DNA from: Candidatus Bathyarchaeota archaeon
GTDB taxonomy: Archaea; Thermoproteota; Bathyarchaeia; Bathyarchaeales; Bathycorpusculaceae
Direction of reading: 5' to 3'
DNA: 64,000 nt
Assembly (NCBI GenBank): GCA_963826715.1
Contig: CAWGYA010000001.1
Location: 36,715-100,714 of the forward strand
The notes beneath the pieces are model-generated. The model was not told where the DNA came from and searched no databases. It saw nothing but the letters and a program-made list of their open reading frames with translations. The translations under genes were made by a program, and so were the position numbers. Positions 51,434-61,117 of the stretch are shown here, in pieces. The stretch's first letter is position 1. Every line of letters begins with the position of its first letter.

Positions 51434-53418
51434 TCAAGAATCCCTTGGGTGAATTTTTCGGCTAATTCTTCATTTTCTTTTGATATATTCAAGTTGTTGG
51501 CGAGTTTTTCGAGTTCCTTTGTTATGTCAAAGCGAGTGGTGCTTCTGAGCAGAATTTCACCGATGGTTTTTTGTATATCTTGAGAGCCCTCCTTTAAATC
51601 GGCTAGAACCGTTTCCATCTTTCCAACGGTCATTGTGAACAAATCTATTTTTTGATAGAGAATATGCAGCACATAGTCGTCGATTGTGTCTTTAATGCAT
51701 AAGTTAAAGATGGTAACGTCGCGGTCTTGTTTAAACCGGTGTATTCGACCTATACGTTGTTCGATCTTCATTGGGTTCCAATGTAAATCGTAATTAAACA
51801 TTACACAGCAATTCTGCAAGTTTAAGCCTTCAGCAGCAGCATCAGTGGCAACAAGATACCTGATTTCACCAGTCTTAAAGCCCTTAATCACGGTTTCTCG
51901 CTCCTCCTGATTCATATCCCCCAAATAAACAGCAGCTCTTCCGAATTCTTTGGATAGCATTTCCTTGATTTTATGGGCGGTAATTTTTCGCAGACAAAAT
52001 ATTAACGCCTGCTCAGTTGGTGCTTCGTTTAGAACATTTCGAAGCAACTCCATCTTTGCACTCTTGACTTTTCCTGCCATCTTGATTAATTCGTTGGTGG
52101 CTTCTTTCTCGAGGGGGAAACGCTGCTGTCTTTTAGTTAGCGACTCAATGGAGGCAGCTGGGGAACTAGAAAAGGATTGCTGTAGAGTAATTGCTTGAAA
52201 AACCAAAATCGCATTGCTCTGAGATGAGCTAAATTTTCGTGTAGGATTCTCCGCGATGAGAGCCTCAATTGTCTTGAACCTGTTTTGACTCACATCACGC
52301 AAATATTCTGTAGCTTGGTCAATGAATTCTCGTTCTTCAAGGTTTGCTTCGAGCGTCCGAGATTCAACACAGCGTTTTGTAAATGGAATACCTGTTTCTT
52401 CCCTGCGGGTGCGGCACATTACGTCCCGTAGGATTTGCCTCAAGGAGCTAGCTTGATCTTGGCGAAGCACACGGCTTCTTGTATCCTCGGCGAATTGGGA
52501 AATAAAAGCTCGTTCACTTCCCAAAAGTCCCGGCTGAATCAAATCTACAATGCTATACAAATCAGTGAGCTTATTACATAGGGGTGTTGCAGTGAGCAGT
52601 AAAAGATGATTTTTTTGCAGGTTCCCAAGGAATGCTCGGCCTTTGCTGTGGGTGTTTCTAAATGCGTGAGCTTCATCTACCACAACTAAATCCCATGTTC
52701 GGTTTGACAGTTTGTCGAATTTTCTGGTCAAAAAATTATGTGAGCATATAACTCTTTCATCGCACGTAAGGTCAACGTGTTCCTTAGGGTTGTTAGCAAC
52801 TGCGAATGTTTCTCCAAATTTTTCTGCCATTTCAGATTTCCATTGATTTAGCAAGCTTTTGGGAGAAACAATCAGAATTGAATTAATCTCTTCACGGAGA
52901 AGTAATTCTTTCATAATGAGACCTGCCTCGATCGTTTTTCCAAGTCCCACTTCGTCGGCTAGAATCGCATTTGCATTCATTTCGTTGTTTACTTGAAGAG
53001 CTGTCTGCACCTGGAAATTATAAGGAATAAATTTTGCGCGAATAGCATCAAGGGAGACAAGATAGGTGATTTTGCGTGTTTGTTTTAATTGTATTGCAGC
53101 TAAGTTTAGTCTAAATTTTTGGTAAGATGAAAAATGGCTTGTTTGTATCCTTTTTTTAATGTCGTAGGGGTCATTTATCGATAGAAAAAACCGCTGTTTT
53201 TCCTCCTTAGCCCTTTCTTGTTGCGCCTTTCTCATTTTATATATGGAGGTAAGATCAAATTCGAACAAAGAAGGCTTTCCAATTGAGTGATCCTTTAGAG
53301 TAGAGCCTTTTTTTCTAGAAGTTCCCCGTCTCTGAGATTTCTTAGACAGAGAAGATGCTTCTTTACGTGATATCTCAATATTATTGTGTTCCGAACATTT
53401 TTCGTAAGCCTCATCCAT
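51430..53418 (-). CDS. SNF2-family helicase (YqhH/RapA-like)
   Basis: ILADEVGLGKTIEAG, VVDEAH, LLLTATP, EGLNLQ and YDLHWNPMKIEQRIGRIHR motifs; start uncertain (53418 or further downstream; track gives 53565). Confidence 0.92.
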   Translation of the reverse strand: MDEAYEKCSEHNNIEISRKEASSLSKKSQRRGTSRKKGSTLKDHSIGKPSLFEFDLTSIYKMRKAQQERAKEEKQRFFLSINDPYDIKKRIQTSHFSSYQKFRLNLAAIQLKQTRKITYLVSLDAIRAKFIPYNFQVQTALQVNNEMNANAILADEVGLGKTIEAGLIMKELLLREEINSILIVSPKSLLNQWKSEMAEKFGETFAVANNPKEHVDLTCDERVICSHNFLTRKFDKLSNRTWDLVVVDEAHAFRNTHSKGRAFLGNLQKNHLLLLTATPLCNKLTDLYSIVDLIQPGLLGSERAFISQFAEDTRSRVLRQDQASSLRQILRDVMCRTRREETGIPFTKRCVESRTLEANLEEREFIDQATEYLRDVSQNRFKTIEALIAENPTRKFSSSQSNAILVFQAITLQQSFSSSPAASIESLTKRQQRFPLEKEATNELIKMAGKVKSAKMELLRNVLNEAPTEQALIFCLRKITAHKIKEMLSKEFGRAAVYLGDMNQEERETVIKGFKTGEIRYLVATDAAAEGLNLQNCCVMFNYDLHWNPMKIEQRIGRIHRFKQDRDVTIFNLCIKDTIDDYVLHILYQKIDLFTMTVGKMETVLADLKEGSQDIQKTIGEILLRSTTRFDITKELEKLANNLNISKENEELAEKFTQGILD

Positions 53419-53875
53419 ATGCTTAAAAGGCGAAGAATATTTTGGGCTTGCGCCACATTTATCATTGGAGTTCAAAGTCAAGATAATCGCGGCTATAGTC
53501 CATTTCAAATATAAAAAGAGTGAGTTTTCAAACTGTTTATCGTTAAGTTCAATTGTGAGGTTCAAACTTTGATTTGATTGTTTTTAAGATTGTTACAAGC
53601 TCTTAAGAGATTGTTCCCGAATAAAATATTTTGTTTTCAATAGAAGAAATGACTTGGTGGGGGGTTGCTTCTTCTTCTTTCAGGTCAAAATATTTCGTTT
53701 AGGTCTTGATTTTTAGTTTTTTAATGCAGATATTTTTTGTAGCATTATTGGTAGCTCTGCTTGGATCGACTCTACGGTAAAAAGTTTACTGCAAACAAGT
53801 ATAAAATCATGCTCAATGTGACCTTTTTGTAAAAAGGTTTATTTCACTGCATGCACCTTTGATGTGAAATTGCAG

Positions 53876-53920
53876 GCGGACAAACTTGTCCGTTGGGATG
53901 TGGCCGAAAGGCTGAACCGC
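53876..53920 (+). promoter_or_regulatory. Candidate structured 5' leader of rpl15e
   Basis: Hairpins GCGGACA-AACT-TGTCCGT and GGCC-GAAA-GGCT between a TATA-like TTTATT (about 53838) and the ATG. Confidence 0.55.
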
Positions 53921-53953
53921 AAACAAAAAAGAACAACTGGAGAAAAACTAAAA

Positions 53954-54571
53954 ATGGCATATAAATACATCGCCGAAGAATGGGCTAATCCCGAAAAAAG
54001 CTTCGTCGAAGAACTCATGCGCCAACGTCTAATACAATGGCGAAAGCAACCCTCAACGCTTAGAATAGAAAACCCCACACGCCTTGATAAGGCACGTAAA
54101 CTCGGCTACAAAGCCAAACAAGGCTTTGTTGTAGCACGCACTAAAGTCCGTAGAGGGGGATTGCGCAAAAAACGCCCAAGATCAGGCAGACGCCCCAAAC
54201 GTATGGGTGTAGCTAAATTTAAACCCGCGAAAAGTCTTCGTTTAATAGCGGAAGAACGTACCGCCAGAAAATTCCCGAACCTTGAGGTACTTAACAGTTA
54301 CTGGGTAGGGGAAGACGGACGCCACAAATGGTTTGAAGTCATCCTCGTTGATCCAAATGCTCCTACGATCAAAACTGATAAAGACATTGGTTGGATAACT
54401 GAGAAGCAGCACACTAGCCGTGTATTCCGAAGCATGACTAGCGCAGGCAAGAACATACGTGGATTACATCATAAAGGTGCAGGCGCAGAAAAAGCTCGAC
54501 CAAGCCACAGAAGAGGCGCAAGAAAACATAGCGGTGTTAAACTACAACGTAAAGGAGATGGACCTTACTAA
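53954..54571 (+). CDS. rpl15e: 50S ribosomal protein L15e
   Basis: [34 protein letters not shown] and R.FR..TSAG motifs; ATG at 53954. Confidence 0.97.
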   Translation: MAYKYIAEEWANPEKSFVEELMRQRLIQWRKQPSTLRIENPTRLDKARKLGYKAKQGFVVARTKVRRGGLRKKRPRSGRRPKRMGVAKFKPAKSLRLIAEERTARKFPNLEVLNSYWVGEDGRHKWFEVILVDPNAPTIKTDKDIGWITEKQHTSRVFRSMTSAGKNIRGLHHKGAGAEKARPSHRRGARKHSGVKLQRKGDGPY

Positions 54572-54768
54572 TGCATCATATTGAAGCGACCATAATAAAA
54601 CCGAACGGCAAACAGAAAAATGGCAAGGGCTTTAGCGTAAATGAGCTTAAAGCAGCAGGAATAAGCAAGCAGCAGGCAAAACAAGCGAAGCTTCCAGTAG
54701 ATCTAAGACGAAAAAGCCAACATGAAGCAAACATAGAAGCGATCAAAGCGCATACTAAAAAAGCCTAA
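54571..54768 (+). CDS. rpl13e: 50S ribosomal protein L13e (short archaeal form)
   Basis: GKGFS..ELKAAG....A.......VD.RRKS....N. Confidence 0.9.
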   Translation: MHHIEATIIKPNGKQKNGKGFSVNELKAAGISKQQAKQAKLPVDLRRKSQHEANIEAIKAHTKKA

Positions 54769-55035
54769 ACTGAAATATTCAGTAAAAATCAACTATTTCT
54801 TTATTTTTTTGTTTTCTTGAATATATTTTAAACCCTGCATTTTTTATTAGACTCTACTAATGAATAAATTGTGGTTTTCATCCTTTAGAAATTCCGTTCT
54901 TGATATTAGAGATTCTACGCTTAAACTCGCTTTGGAATTATGGAATCACCACTTTTAGTAAGGTGCTCCTCAAGACCTAAATCTTCTAAAAAAAAATTAA
55001 AAAAATGATAAACTAATGGAAGGGCAATTTATTTT

Positions 55036-55161
55036 TTAACTGTCTACTAAATGCGCTGTGCCGTCTGGGCAAAAGACTTTTTCGCCGATGTTCACTTTGG
55101 CGTAGCGACGTTTGCATTCGTATGTTTGTCTTTCACATCCGTCACAATCTCGGGATAACAT
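55036..55161 (-). CDS. 41-aa Cys/His-rich microprotein
   Basis: Manual translation MLSRDCDGCERQTYECKRRYAKVNIGEKVFCPDGTAHLVDS; SD-like GGTGAT and TATA-like TATAAG upstream; below the track length cutoff. Confidence 0.7.
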   Translation of the reverse strand: MLSRDCDGCERQTYECKRRYAKVNIGEKVFCPDGTAHLVDS

Positions 55162-55173
55162 AACATCACCAAA

Positions 55174-55189
55174 TATGACATATGTCATA
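55174..55189. promoter_or_regulatory. Perfect 16-bp palindrome TATGACATATGTCATA (operator candidate)
   Basis: Lies between the TATA-like box and the RBS of the 41-aa ORF. Confidence 0.55.
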
Positions 55190-55442
55190 AGTTGCTTATA
55201 CGCCTTTCGAAGCAACCAACACTAAACAGTATGTTAAAAGCAGTCAAAACTTAAAAGAAAGTGAACTAAAATAGTTGGTTTGTGTTTCTGATGATTTCGG
55301 AATTCCATCGGTATTTCAATAGGTTCGTAAGCGGCATGTTTGATTTTCTTGGCATGGTTAAAGCATAGCTCATAATTTTTTTAATGCACATTTAATTCAA
55401 TTCGTTTTCTTCGGACATAATTTTTGCCAGGTTAAGTTTGTA

Positions 55443-55547
55443 TTACTGTTTTTTTGCTGCATCACGCAGTTTCCATACCTTGCAATGTGGTGCGCGGTCG
55501 CATAGCTCTTCGGGTATTCCATTAGGGCATTCTATTTTTTTCATCAT
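55443..55547 (-). CDS. 34-aa Cys-rich microprotein
   Basis: Manual translation MMKKIECPNGIPEELCDRAPHCKVWKLRDAAKKQ; alternative ATG at 55559. Confidence 0.45.
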   Translation of the reverse strand: MMKKIECPNGIPEELCDRAPHCKVWKLRDAAKKQ

Positions 55548-55599
55548 TTTAAGACTCATCCTTTAATCTAATATGCTAATAACAGGGAAATATATCTTG

Positions 55600-55616
55600 C
55601 GGTATTGTCAATACCG
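55600..55616. promoter_or_regulatory. Palindrome CGGTATTG-T-CAATACCG (operator candidate)
   Basis: Perfect 8-bp arms between two divergent genes, each with a TATA-like element nearby. Confidence 0.6.
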
Positions 55617-55657
55617 ATCAATATCATTTATATGTTAGAACAAGCAAAGTAATAATT

Positions 55658-56041
55658 ATGGAAAACTTGGGTCCCCTCACCAAAAAAAGCTCCTCCTGCA
55701 CGGATCTACTCACGTGCCTCTACAACCTTAAACCAACAGACATAGAAGTGCTCTTAGTAGTAGCAAAAAACGAAGACGCAAATCTCGACCTAATCGCCAA
55801 AACAGTAAAAAAAGACCGTAGTACGGTCCACCGCAGCCTCCAAAAACTTGTAAGCACTAACCTAGTAAATAAACAAACAAAATCTCTCAAAGATGGGGGA
55901 TACTACCATACTTACACAATGCTTGACCCGAAAAAAATTAAAAAACATGCACTTGAACGAGTGAAAGAAATAACCGAAAGTCTAGAAGGTCTCTTAGACA
56001 GGTTTGACTCAGACCTACAAAACCAACTAAACCATGTATAA
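55658..56041 (+). CDS. TrmB-like HTH transcription regulator (COG3355-like)
   Basis: C.DLL.C.YNL, IAK.V.KDRSTVHRSLQKL and GGYYH.Y motifs. Confidence 0.88.
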   Translation: MENLGPLTKKSSSCTDLLTCLYNLKPTDIEVLLVVAKNEDANLDLIAKTVKKDRSTVHRSLQKLVSTNLVNKQTKSLKDGGYYHTYTMLDPKKIKKHALERVKEITESLEGLLDRFDSDLQNQLNHV

Positions 56042-56376
56042 AAACAATTGTTAAGTCAGTTCTAAAAAAATAAGTAGATTAAGTGAAATAGATCTCTCTA
56101 TGCCAAATATATGATCGAAATCACAGTTCGCTTCTAAGAAAAGCAGTTTTCGACGATACTTTGGGGGTTATTTGAGTTCTTGCAACATTTGATGTATTAT
56201 TTTCAGAATTAGCTAGTACTTTTTCTGAATTTTTCGGTGTGAAGTCTATTCCTTATTCTTCATCAAACGCTGCAACGATTAGCTGGGTATGACCGTTTTC
56301 TATGTTTATAATTTGAATATTTTGTGTTGCGCCTATATGTCACATTACCCTGATTAGAAAAATGAAAATGGTTTAC

Positions 56377-56607
56377 TTATTGGGTAATTGCTTTAAACAA
56401 TTTTTTAATAAGGTACCGTTCAGATCCCTTATGAAGATTTGAGTGACTTTTGAATGCTCTTGACATTGCAGCTACATTAGGAAGCACTAAAATTTTTTGT
56501 CCGCACGCACATGTAATTATTTTCCATTTTGAAAAACGGACCTTCTCGTAATGAAGCTCTCTTGTTTGATGGTTTTGTTTAGGTCCTGAGCGATACACAT
56601 TTTCCAA
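56377..56607 (-). CDS. Small Zn-finger protein (CxCG...HxxxH)
   Basis: ITCACGQKILVLPNVAAMSRAFKSHSNLH. Confidence 0.6.
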   Translation of the reverse strand: MENVYRSGPKQNHQTRELHYEKVRFSKWKIITCACGQKILVLPNVAAMSRAFKSHSNLHKGSERYLIKKLFKAITQ

Positions 56608-56851
56608 AACTGAAGCCTCTTCTTTTATAATATTATTCTGTCTTCAAAACTAATAAGCCCTTGTTACTGTATCCATACAATCACAATTTTTTATGTAAAT
56701 TATTTTTAGGCGGCAAATTAAAATTGCTAGATTTTTTTTGTTATAGGTCACTTTCATTCGCCCCTCTACTGTTTAGCTATGTCTTTTGAGGGGCATTTTT
56801 AAATATCAAAAAAGCCGCTTTGCAAATCCTTTAAAAACTGGGAGAAACAAG

Positions 56852-57571
56852 ATGATAAGAACCGAGTTAGCAAAACCTACACCCCAATATCTTCTTTCAC
56901 TAAACCTAAGAAAAGTAAACGATTTCTTTCCAGGCTTTACCGAAGGTGAATTTTCATTAATTAAGGGTTCCTCAAGCACAGCCATAGCGTCCTTGTTATG
57001 TGTTAGGGCACAGCTATCAAAGCAGATAGGAGGATTAAGCAGCAACGTTGTGTTTATCGATGGAGGAAATACCTTTGAGCTATACCAGATCTCAAAACTT
57101 GCCCGCATCCATCATTTAGAAGCCAAACAGGTTTTAGACAACATCTTCATATCAAGGGCGTTTACAGCCTACCAAATGGTTGACCTTATAATGGATAAAC
57201 TAAAGTTAGTTATTGAGAAATTAAATTCAAAAATAGCGATTATTTCAGATCTTTCAGGCTTCTTCTTAGATAAGGACATACAAGCATATGAAGCAACCCG
57301 ATTATTCAGCCAAGTTACAACTTACCTTTCAAATTTTGCCAAAGAAAGACAGATCGTTCTAATAGCAACGTATCTTCCTCATCGCAATGAGAAAGTGAAT
57401 AATGATTTTCAAGCGATAGCAGCAACCAGATCAGATGTTGTTTTGTCTCTAAGAACAACAAAGCATGATAGAGTGATTAGTTTAGATAAGCATCCCTATC
57501 TCACTGTGGGTTCGATCGAGTTGCCATCTGGGAATTTGCGTTTAACGGATTTCATTGGAGAGAGCGCATAA
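56852..57571 (+). CDS. RadA/RecA-fold protein with degenerate Walker A (PolB2-associated)
   Basis: VVFIDGGNTF and I.ISRAFTAYQ motifs; GKT absent; ATG at 56852 after GGAG. Confidence 0.85.
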   Translation: MIRTELAKPTPQYLLSLNLRKVNDFFPGFTEGEFSLIKGSSSTAIASLLCVRAQLSKQIGGLSSNVVFIDGGNTFELYQISKLARIHHLEAKQVLDNIFISRAFTAYQMVDLIMDKLKLVIEKLNSKIAIISDLSGFFLDKDIQAYEATRLFSQVTTYLSNFAKERQIVLIATYLPHRNEKVNNDFQAIAATRSDVVLSLRTTKHDRVISLDKHPYLTVGSIELPSGNLRLTDFIGESA

Positions 57572-57837
57572 TGGGCAAGACAGTTGAATCCTATCGCTTG
57601 GCATTGGAAGATGAGATCAGCCGCTGGAGCGGTTTTAAGAAAGCTTTAAGAACTGAAGATAGAGAAGCCTTTGAAGCAGTTATGGATACATGTCGAAGCT
57701 ATGCTTCTGCAGGAAGCAACGCGACTCAACCCATACTATTTGAGCCTATAGTGATTTCGATTTTAGTAGCTCAACAAAAAAAGATACATCGACTAGAGAA
57801 GCGGTTAGATGCAATCTCACAGTCAAAGACGAGTTAG
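57571..57837 (+). CDS. Small helical protein of the PolB2 cassette
   Basis: MGKTVESYR.ALE.E...W..F.KALR.EDRE.F; overlaps both neighbours. Confidence 0.85.
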   Translation: MGKTVESYRLALEDEISRWSGFKKALRTEDREAFEAVMDTCRSYASAGSNATQPILFEPIVISILVAQQKKIHRLEKRLDAISQSKTS

Positions 57838-60100
57838 AGGCTGGCTGTTTGATGTTTATCCTTCTGTCTTTGGAACAATGACTGTTTGGATAATAACTGA
57901 GAATGGTCAAAGAGTACGGTTAACTGATAAGTTTCAGCCAAATATATACATCTCAGGCAAGCAAGGGGATATAGAGCGCTTAGCAAATGATTTCTGCTCT
58001 AACCAAACCATCGCCTCATGGAATTTTGTGTTAAAGTATGCAAATCCAACTGACTTCGAGAAATCCAGAGTCTTAGAAGTAACTTTGAAGGACTGCAGAA
58101 AAATCTCCGCATTTACCAACCAAATCCTACGGTTGGGTGATTACCTTCGCTATAGAGTACATAACTGCGATTTACAGGGCGATAGAATGTACCTATTTTC
58201 CAATGACTTATTCCCCCTTGCTTACTTGGAGGTTGAAAGTGCTAAATTAGAACTCAAGTATCAACTGCTTGACAGCATCGAGAGCATAAATTACTCTATT
58301 CCGCATCTCAGGCTAATGGAGTTAGGATTAAATATTGCAAAAAAAAATAAAATTGCCAGTCTCGAAGATCCTATAGAAAGCCTCCAGGTTACTCAAGACG
58401 GGGAGTCTATAATTATTGATGATGGAGCAGAAGAGGATAAACTTCTTGAGTTGGTTAAAGTTGTTAAAGAATTGGATCCTGACATTGTCTTAACGCGAGG
58501 CGGCGATTCTTTTATTTTCAGCTATTTAATTCAACGTGCTAATCATAAGGGTATTTTGGATAAATTTTTGCTGGGGAGGGATGACACGCCATTTGTGCCT
58601 AAACCAACGGTAGGTAGAACTTTCTTCTCTTATGGGCGCACCTTCTATAAAGCGCCCACAATTAGGTTATTCGGTAGAATTCATGTTGACAAAAATAACA
58701 CGTTTATTTTAAATGAGAGCAGCTTTCAAGGAATGTTTGAAATAGCTCGAACCTGTCGAGTTCCTCTTCATACTGCAGCGCGCTCATCAATCGGTTCTAT
58801 TATGTCCTCGCTTGAGTTTTATCAAGCCTTCAAAGATGATATTTTGCTTCCCAGAAACAAGAGCATCCCCGAAGCATTCAAATCAGCTTATGAATTGCTG
58901 GTGGCTGATCGGGGAGGCTTTGTTTATGAGCCAAAAGTTGGAATACATGATTCAATCGGAGAAGTAGATTTTTCTTCGATGTACCCAAGTTTGATGGTCA
59001 ACAATAACATCTCTGCTGAAACGGTACTTTGCGAGTGCTGCCCAAACTCTAAGCTTCGCATTCCAGAGCTCAATTATAACATATGTGAGAAACGCCAAGG
59101 AGTTGTCCCAAAATCAATCCAGATTATCCTTACTAAAAGGCAGCTCTATAAACGATTAAAAGAGGAAACACACAGCGCTGAGCTTAAGGAAATTTATGAT
59201 AATCGTCAGGTTGCTTTGAAGTGGATTTTGGTTACGTGTTTTGGCTATTTAGGTTATAGAAATGCCAAGTTTGGAACTATTGATGGCCATATTGGTGTTT
59301 GTGCGTTTGGCAGAGATTCTTTTCTTAGGGCTGCTCGCAGGGCGGAGGAAGCAGGATTTGAGGTGGTGCATGGAATTGTTGATTCACTTTGGCTAAAGAA
59401 AGAAAATGCATCTGCTGAAAATTACAAAAGGTTTTGTAGTCATATTAGTGATGAGATAGGTGTTGTTTTAAATTTCGAGGGCAAATACAAATGGATTGTT
59501 TTTCTACCATCGAGAATGCATCCAAATGTTGGGGTGCTAAATAGGTATTATGGAGTTATGGAAAATGGCAAGGTCAAAGCTAGAGGTTTAGAGGTACGTA
59601 AAAGGGACACTCCAAAGTTTGTTTACAATGCTCAAATGGAAATGATTAATGTTTTAGCAGGAGCTGATAATTCAAGCGAATTTATGTATAAAATCCCCGA
59701 AGTTATAGATGTAGTTAGAAAATGGCGCTGTAAACTTTTGGATGGAGATGTGCCCGTCTGGGATTTAATCATTAAAAAGCATTTATCAAAAGATCCTAAG
59801 CACTACAAACAACATGTTAGCCAAGTTATAGCCGCTGAACAGTTAATCAAAGAAGGATCAGAAATACATGCTGGCAACAACGTGGCGTTCCTCTTTACTG
59901 ACGCAAAAAACAAGCAGTATAACCGAAGAGTCTTGGCTAGCCAGTTTGTGGATGAAGATGTAAACGTAGACAATAAGAGGTATCTCATTTTACTTTACAC
60001 TGCGGCAGCTAATTTACTAAGTTTTGAAGGCTATACTGCAAAATCTGTAAGTGAACTTATTAATGGATTGTCAAATAGCAGCATAACACGCTATTTATAG
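57809..60100 (+). CDS. polB2: Family B DNA polymerase, PolB2 subfamily
   Basis: DFSSMYP, KWILVTCFGYLG, HGIVDS in place of YGDTDS, NRYYG. Confidence 0.9.
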   Translation: MQSHSQRRVRGWLFDVYPSVFGTMTVWIITENGQRVRLTDKFQPNIYISGKQGDIERLANDFCSNQTIASWNFVLKYANPTDFEKSRVLEVTLKDCRKISAFTNQILRLGDYLRYRVHNCDLQGDRMYLFSNDLFPLAYLEVESAKLELKYQLLDSIESINYSIPHLRLMELGLNIAKKNKIASLEDPIESLQVTQDGESIIIDDGAEEDKLLELVKVVKELDPDIVLTRGGDSFIFSYLIQRANHKGILDKFLLGRDDTPFVPKPTVGRTFFSYGRTFYKAPTIRLFGRIHVDKNNTFILNESSFQGMFEIARTCRVPLHTAARSSIGSIMSSLEFYQAFKDDILLPRNKSIPEAFKSAYELLVADRGGFVYEPKVGIHDSIGEVDFSSMYPSLMVNNNISAETVLCECCPNSKLRIPELNYNICEKRQGVVPKSIQIILTKRQLYKRLKEETHSAELKEIYDNRQVALKWILVTCFGYLGYRNAKFGTIDGHIGVCAFGRDSFLRAARRAEEAGFEVVHGIVDSLWLKKENASAENYKRFCSHISDEIGVVLNFEGKYKWIVFLPSRMHPNVGVLNRYYGVMENGKVKARGLEVRKRDTPKFVYNAQMEMINVLAGADNSSEFMYKIPEVIDVVRKWRCKLLDGDVPVWDLIIKKHLSKDPKHYKQHVSQVIAAEQLIKEGSEIHAGNNVAFLFTDAKNKQYNRRVLASQFVDEDVNVDNKRYLILLYTAAANLLSFEGYTAKSVSELINGLSNSSITRYL

Positions 60101-60317
60101 AACACCCAAGCATACAAAAATGTAATGTGATTCAATTTATAAAAAATTTTAAAATCACACTATAAAAGATGATTTAAATGCATTCTAAAATTCCATATTT
60201 GAGTCCATTAACAAAAATTTTTTACCCAGTTTTATCCTTAGAAAGTATCAACAATCTTGTCTCTAAGTTAGAAGACTACAAAAACTTTAATTTTAAGTTT
60301 TTATTAACCCTAATTTC

Positions 60318-61067
60318 GTGCAAAAAATTAAATCTAAAATTTTGGTTTCTTATGTCACTTCAGCTATTTTGTCACTTATGGCTTACTTGCTATTCAAGTC
60401 TAGTTCTGCACAGATGATGATGAGCCCAACTCCAACTCCCTCGAATGATTCGTTAGTTTCAAATGTTTTAGTAGTGATAACCATTATTGTATCAATAACC
60501 ATTATTGTGATTTACATTTTCTATTTAAAAAACAAGAATAGAAAAATAACCAGATTTTCTGATTCTACAATCTTGGCAGTCAAAGAAAAACAACCAATAC
60601 TTGAATCAAAAATAGGCTCCAATGACCACGTTACAAAACCTTATGATATCTTTCTGTGCTACAAAAAAAGTTCAGGTAAAGATTACGCAGATCATTTGAA
60701 AACAGGTTTAGAAGAGCTTGGATTCCACACATTTCAAGACTGCCGGGACATTCCGCTAACTGTTGAAACTGATGAAGGATGGGCTTGTTCTCGGGATAAA
60801 GCAGTTGAGGAATGTAAATATTTTATCCTAATTATGACGCCAGGGTTCCAGTTATCTCGCGAAGTAATCAAAGAAATAGCTATGGCAAGAAAACAGGGAA
60901 ACAAGACTTTTATATATTTCAGACATCGAAGCATGGCAAGGAATATCGTGATTAATTTAGGAGATGAGCTTTTAGATGTTGGAAAACTTGAACAGGTGTC
61001 TTTTGAGAGTAAAGAGGAACTTCTGCGGCTTGCTCTTAACATCATTCAAAAGGCTAAAAATCAATAG
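60318..61067 (+). CDS. Membrane-anchored TIR-domain protein
   Basis: Two N-terminal hydrophobic segments, then YDIFLCY...D.A..L...L...G...F.D...FILIMTP.F..S..V.KEI..A. Confidence 0.82.
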   Translation: MQKIKSKILVSYVTSAILSLMAYLLFKSSSAQMMMSPTPTPSNDSLVSNVLVVITIIVSITIIVIYIFYLKNKNRKITRFSDSTILAVKEKQPILESKIGSNDHVTKPYDIFLCYKKSSGKDYADHLKTGLEELGFHTFQDCRDIPLTVETDEGWACSRDKAVEECKYFILIMTPGFQLSREVIKEIAMARKQGNKTFIYFRHRSMARNIVINLGDELLDVGKLEQVSFESKEELLRLALNIIQKAKNQ

Positions 61068-61117
61068 ATAGTTATGAATATAATAACCTTAATTTACTGT
61101 TTTGAGTCTCTTTAATT

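Noticed and set aside
56121-56345. Decayed minus-strand reading frame with two internal stops
   Set aside because: May be a pseudogene, but no family could be assigned
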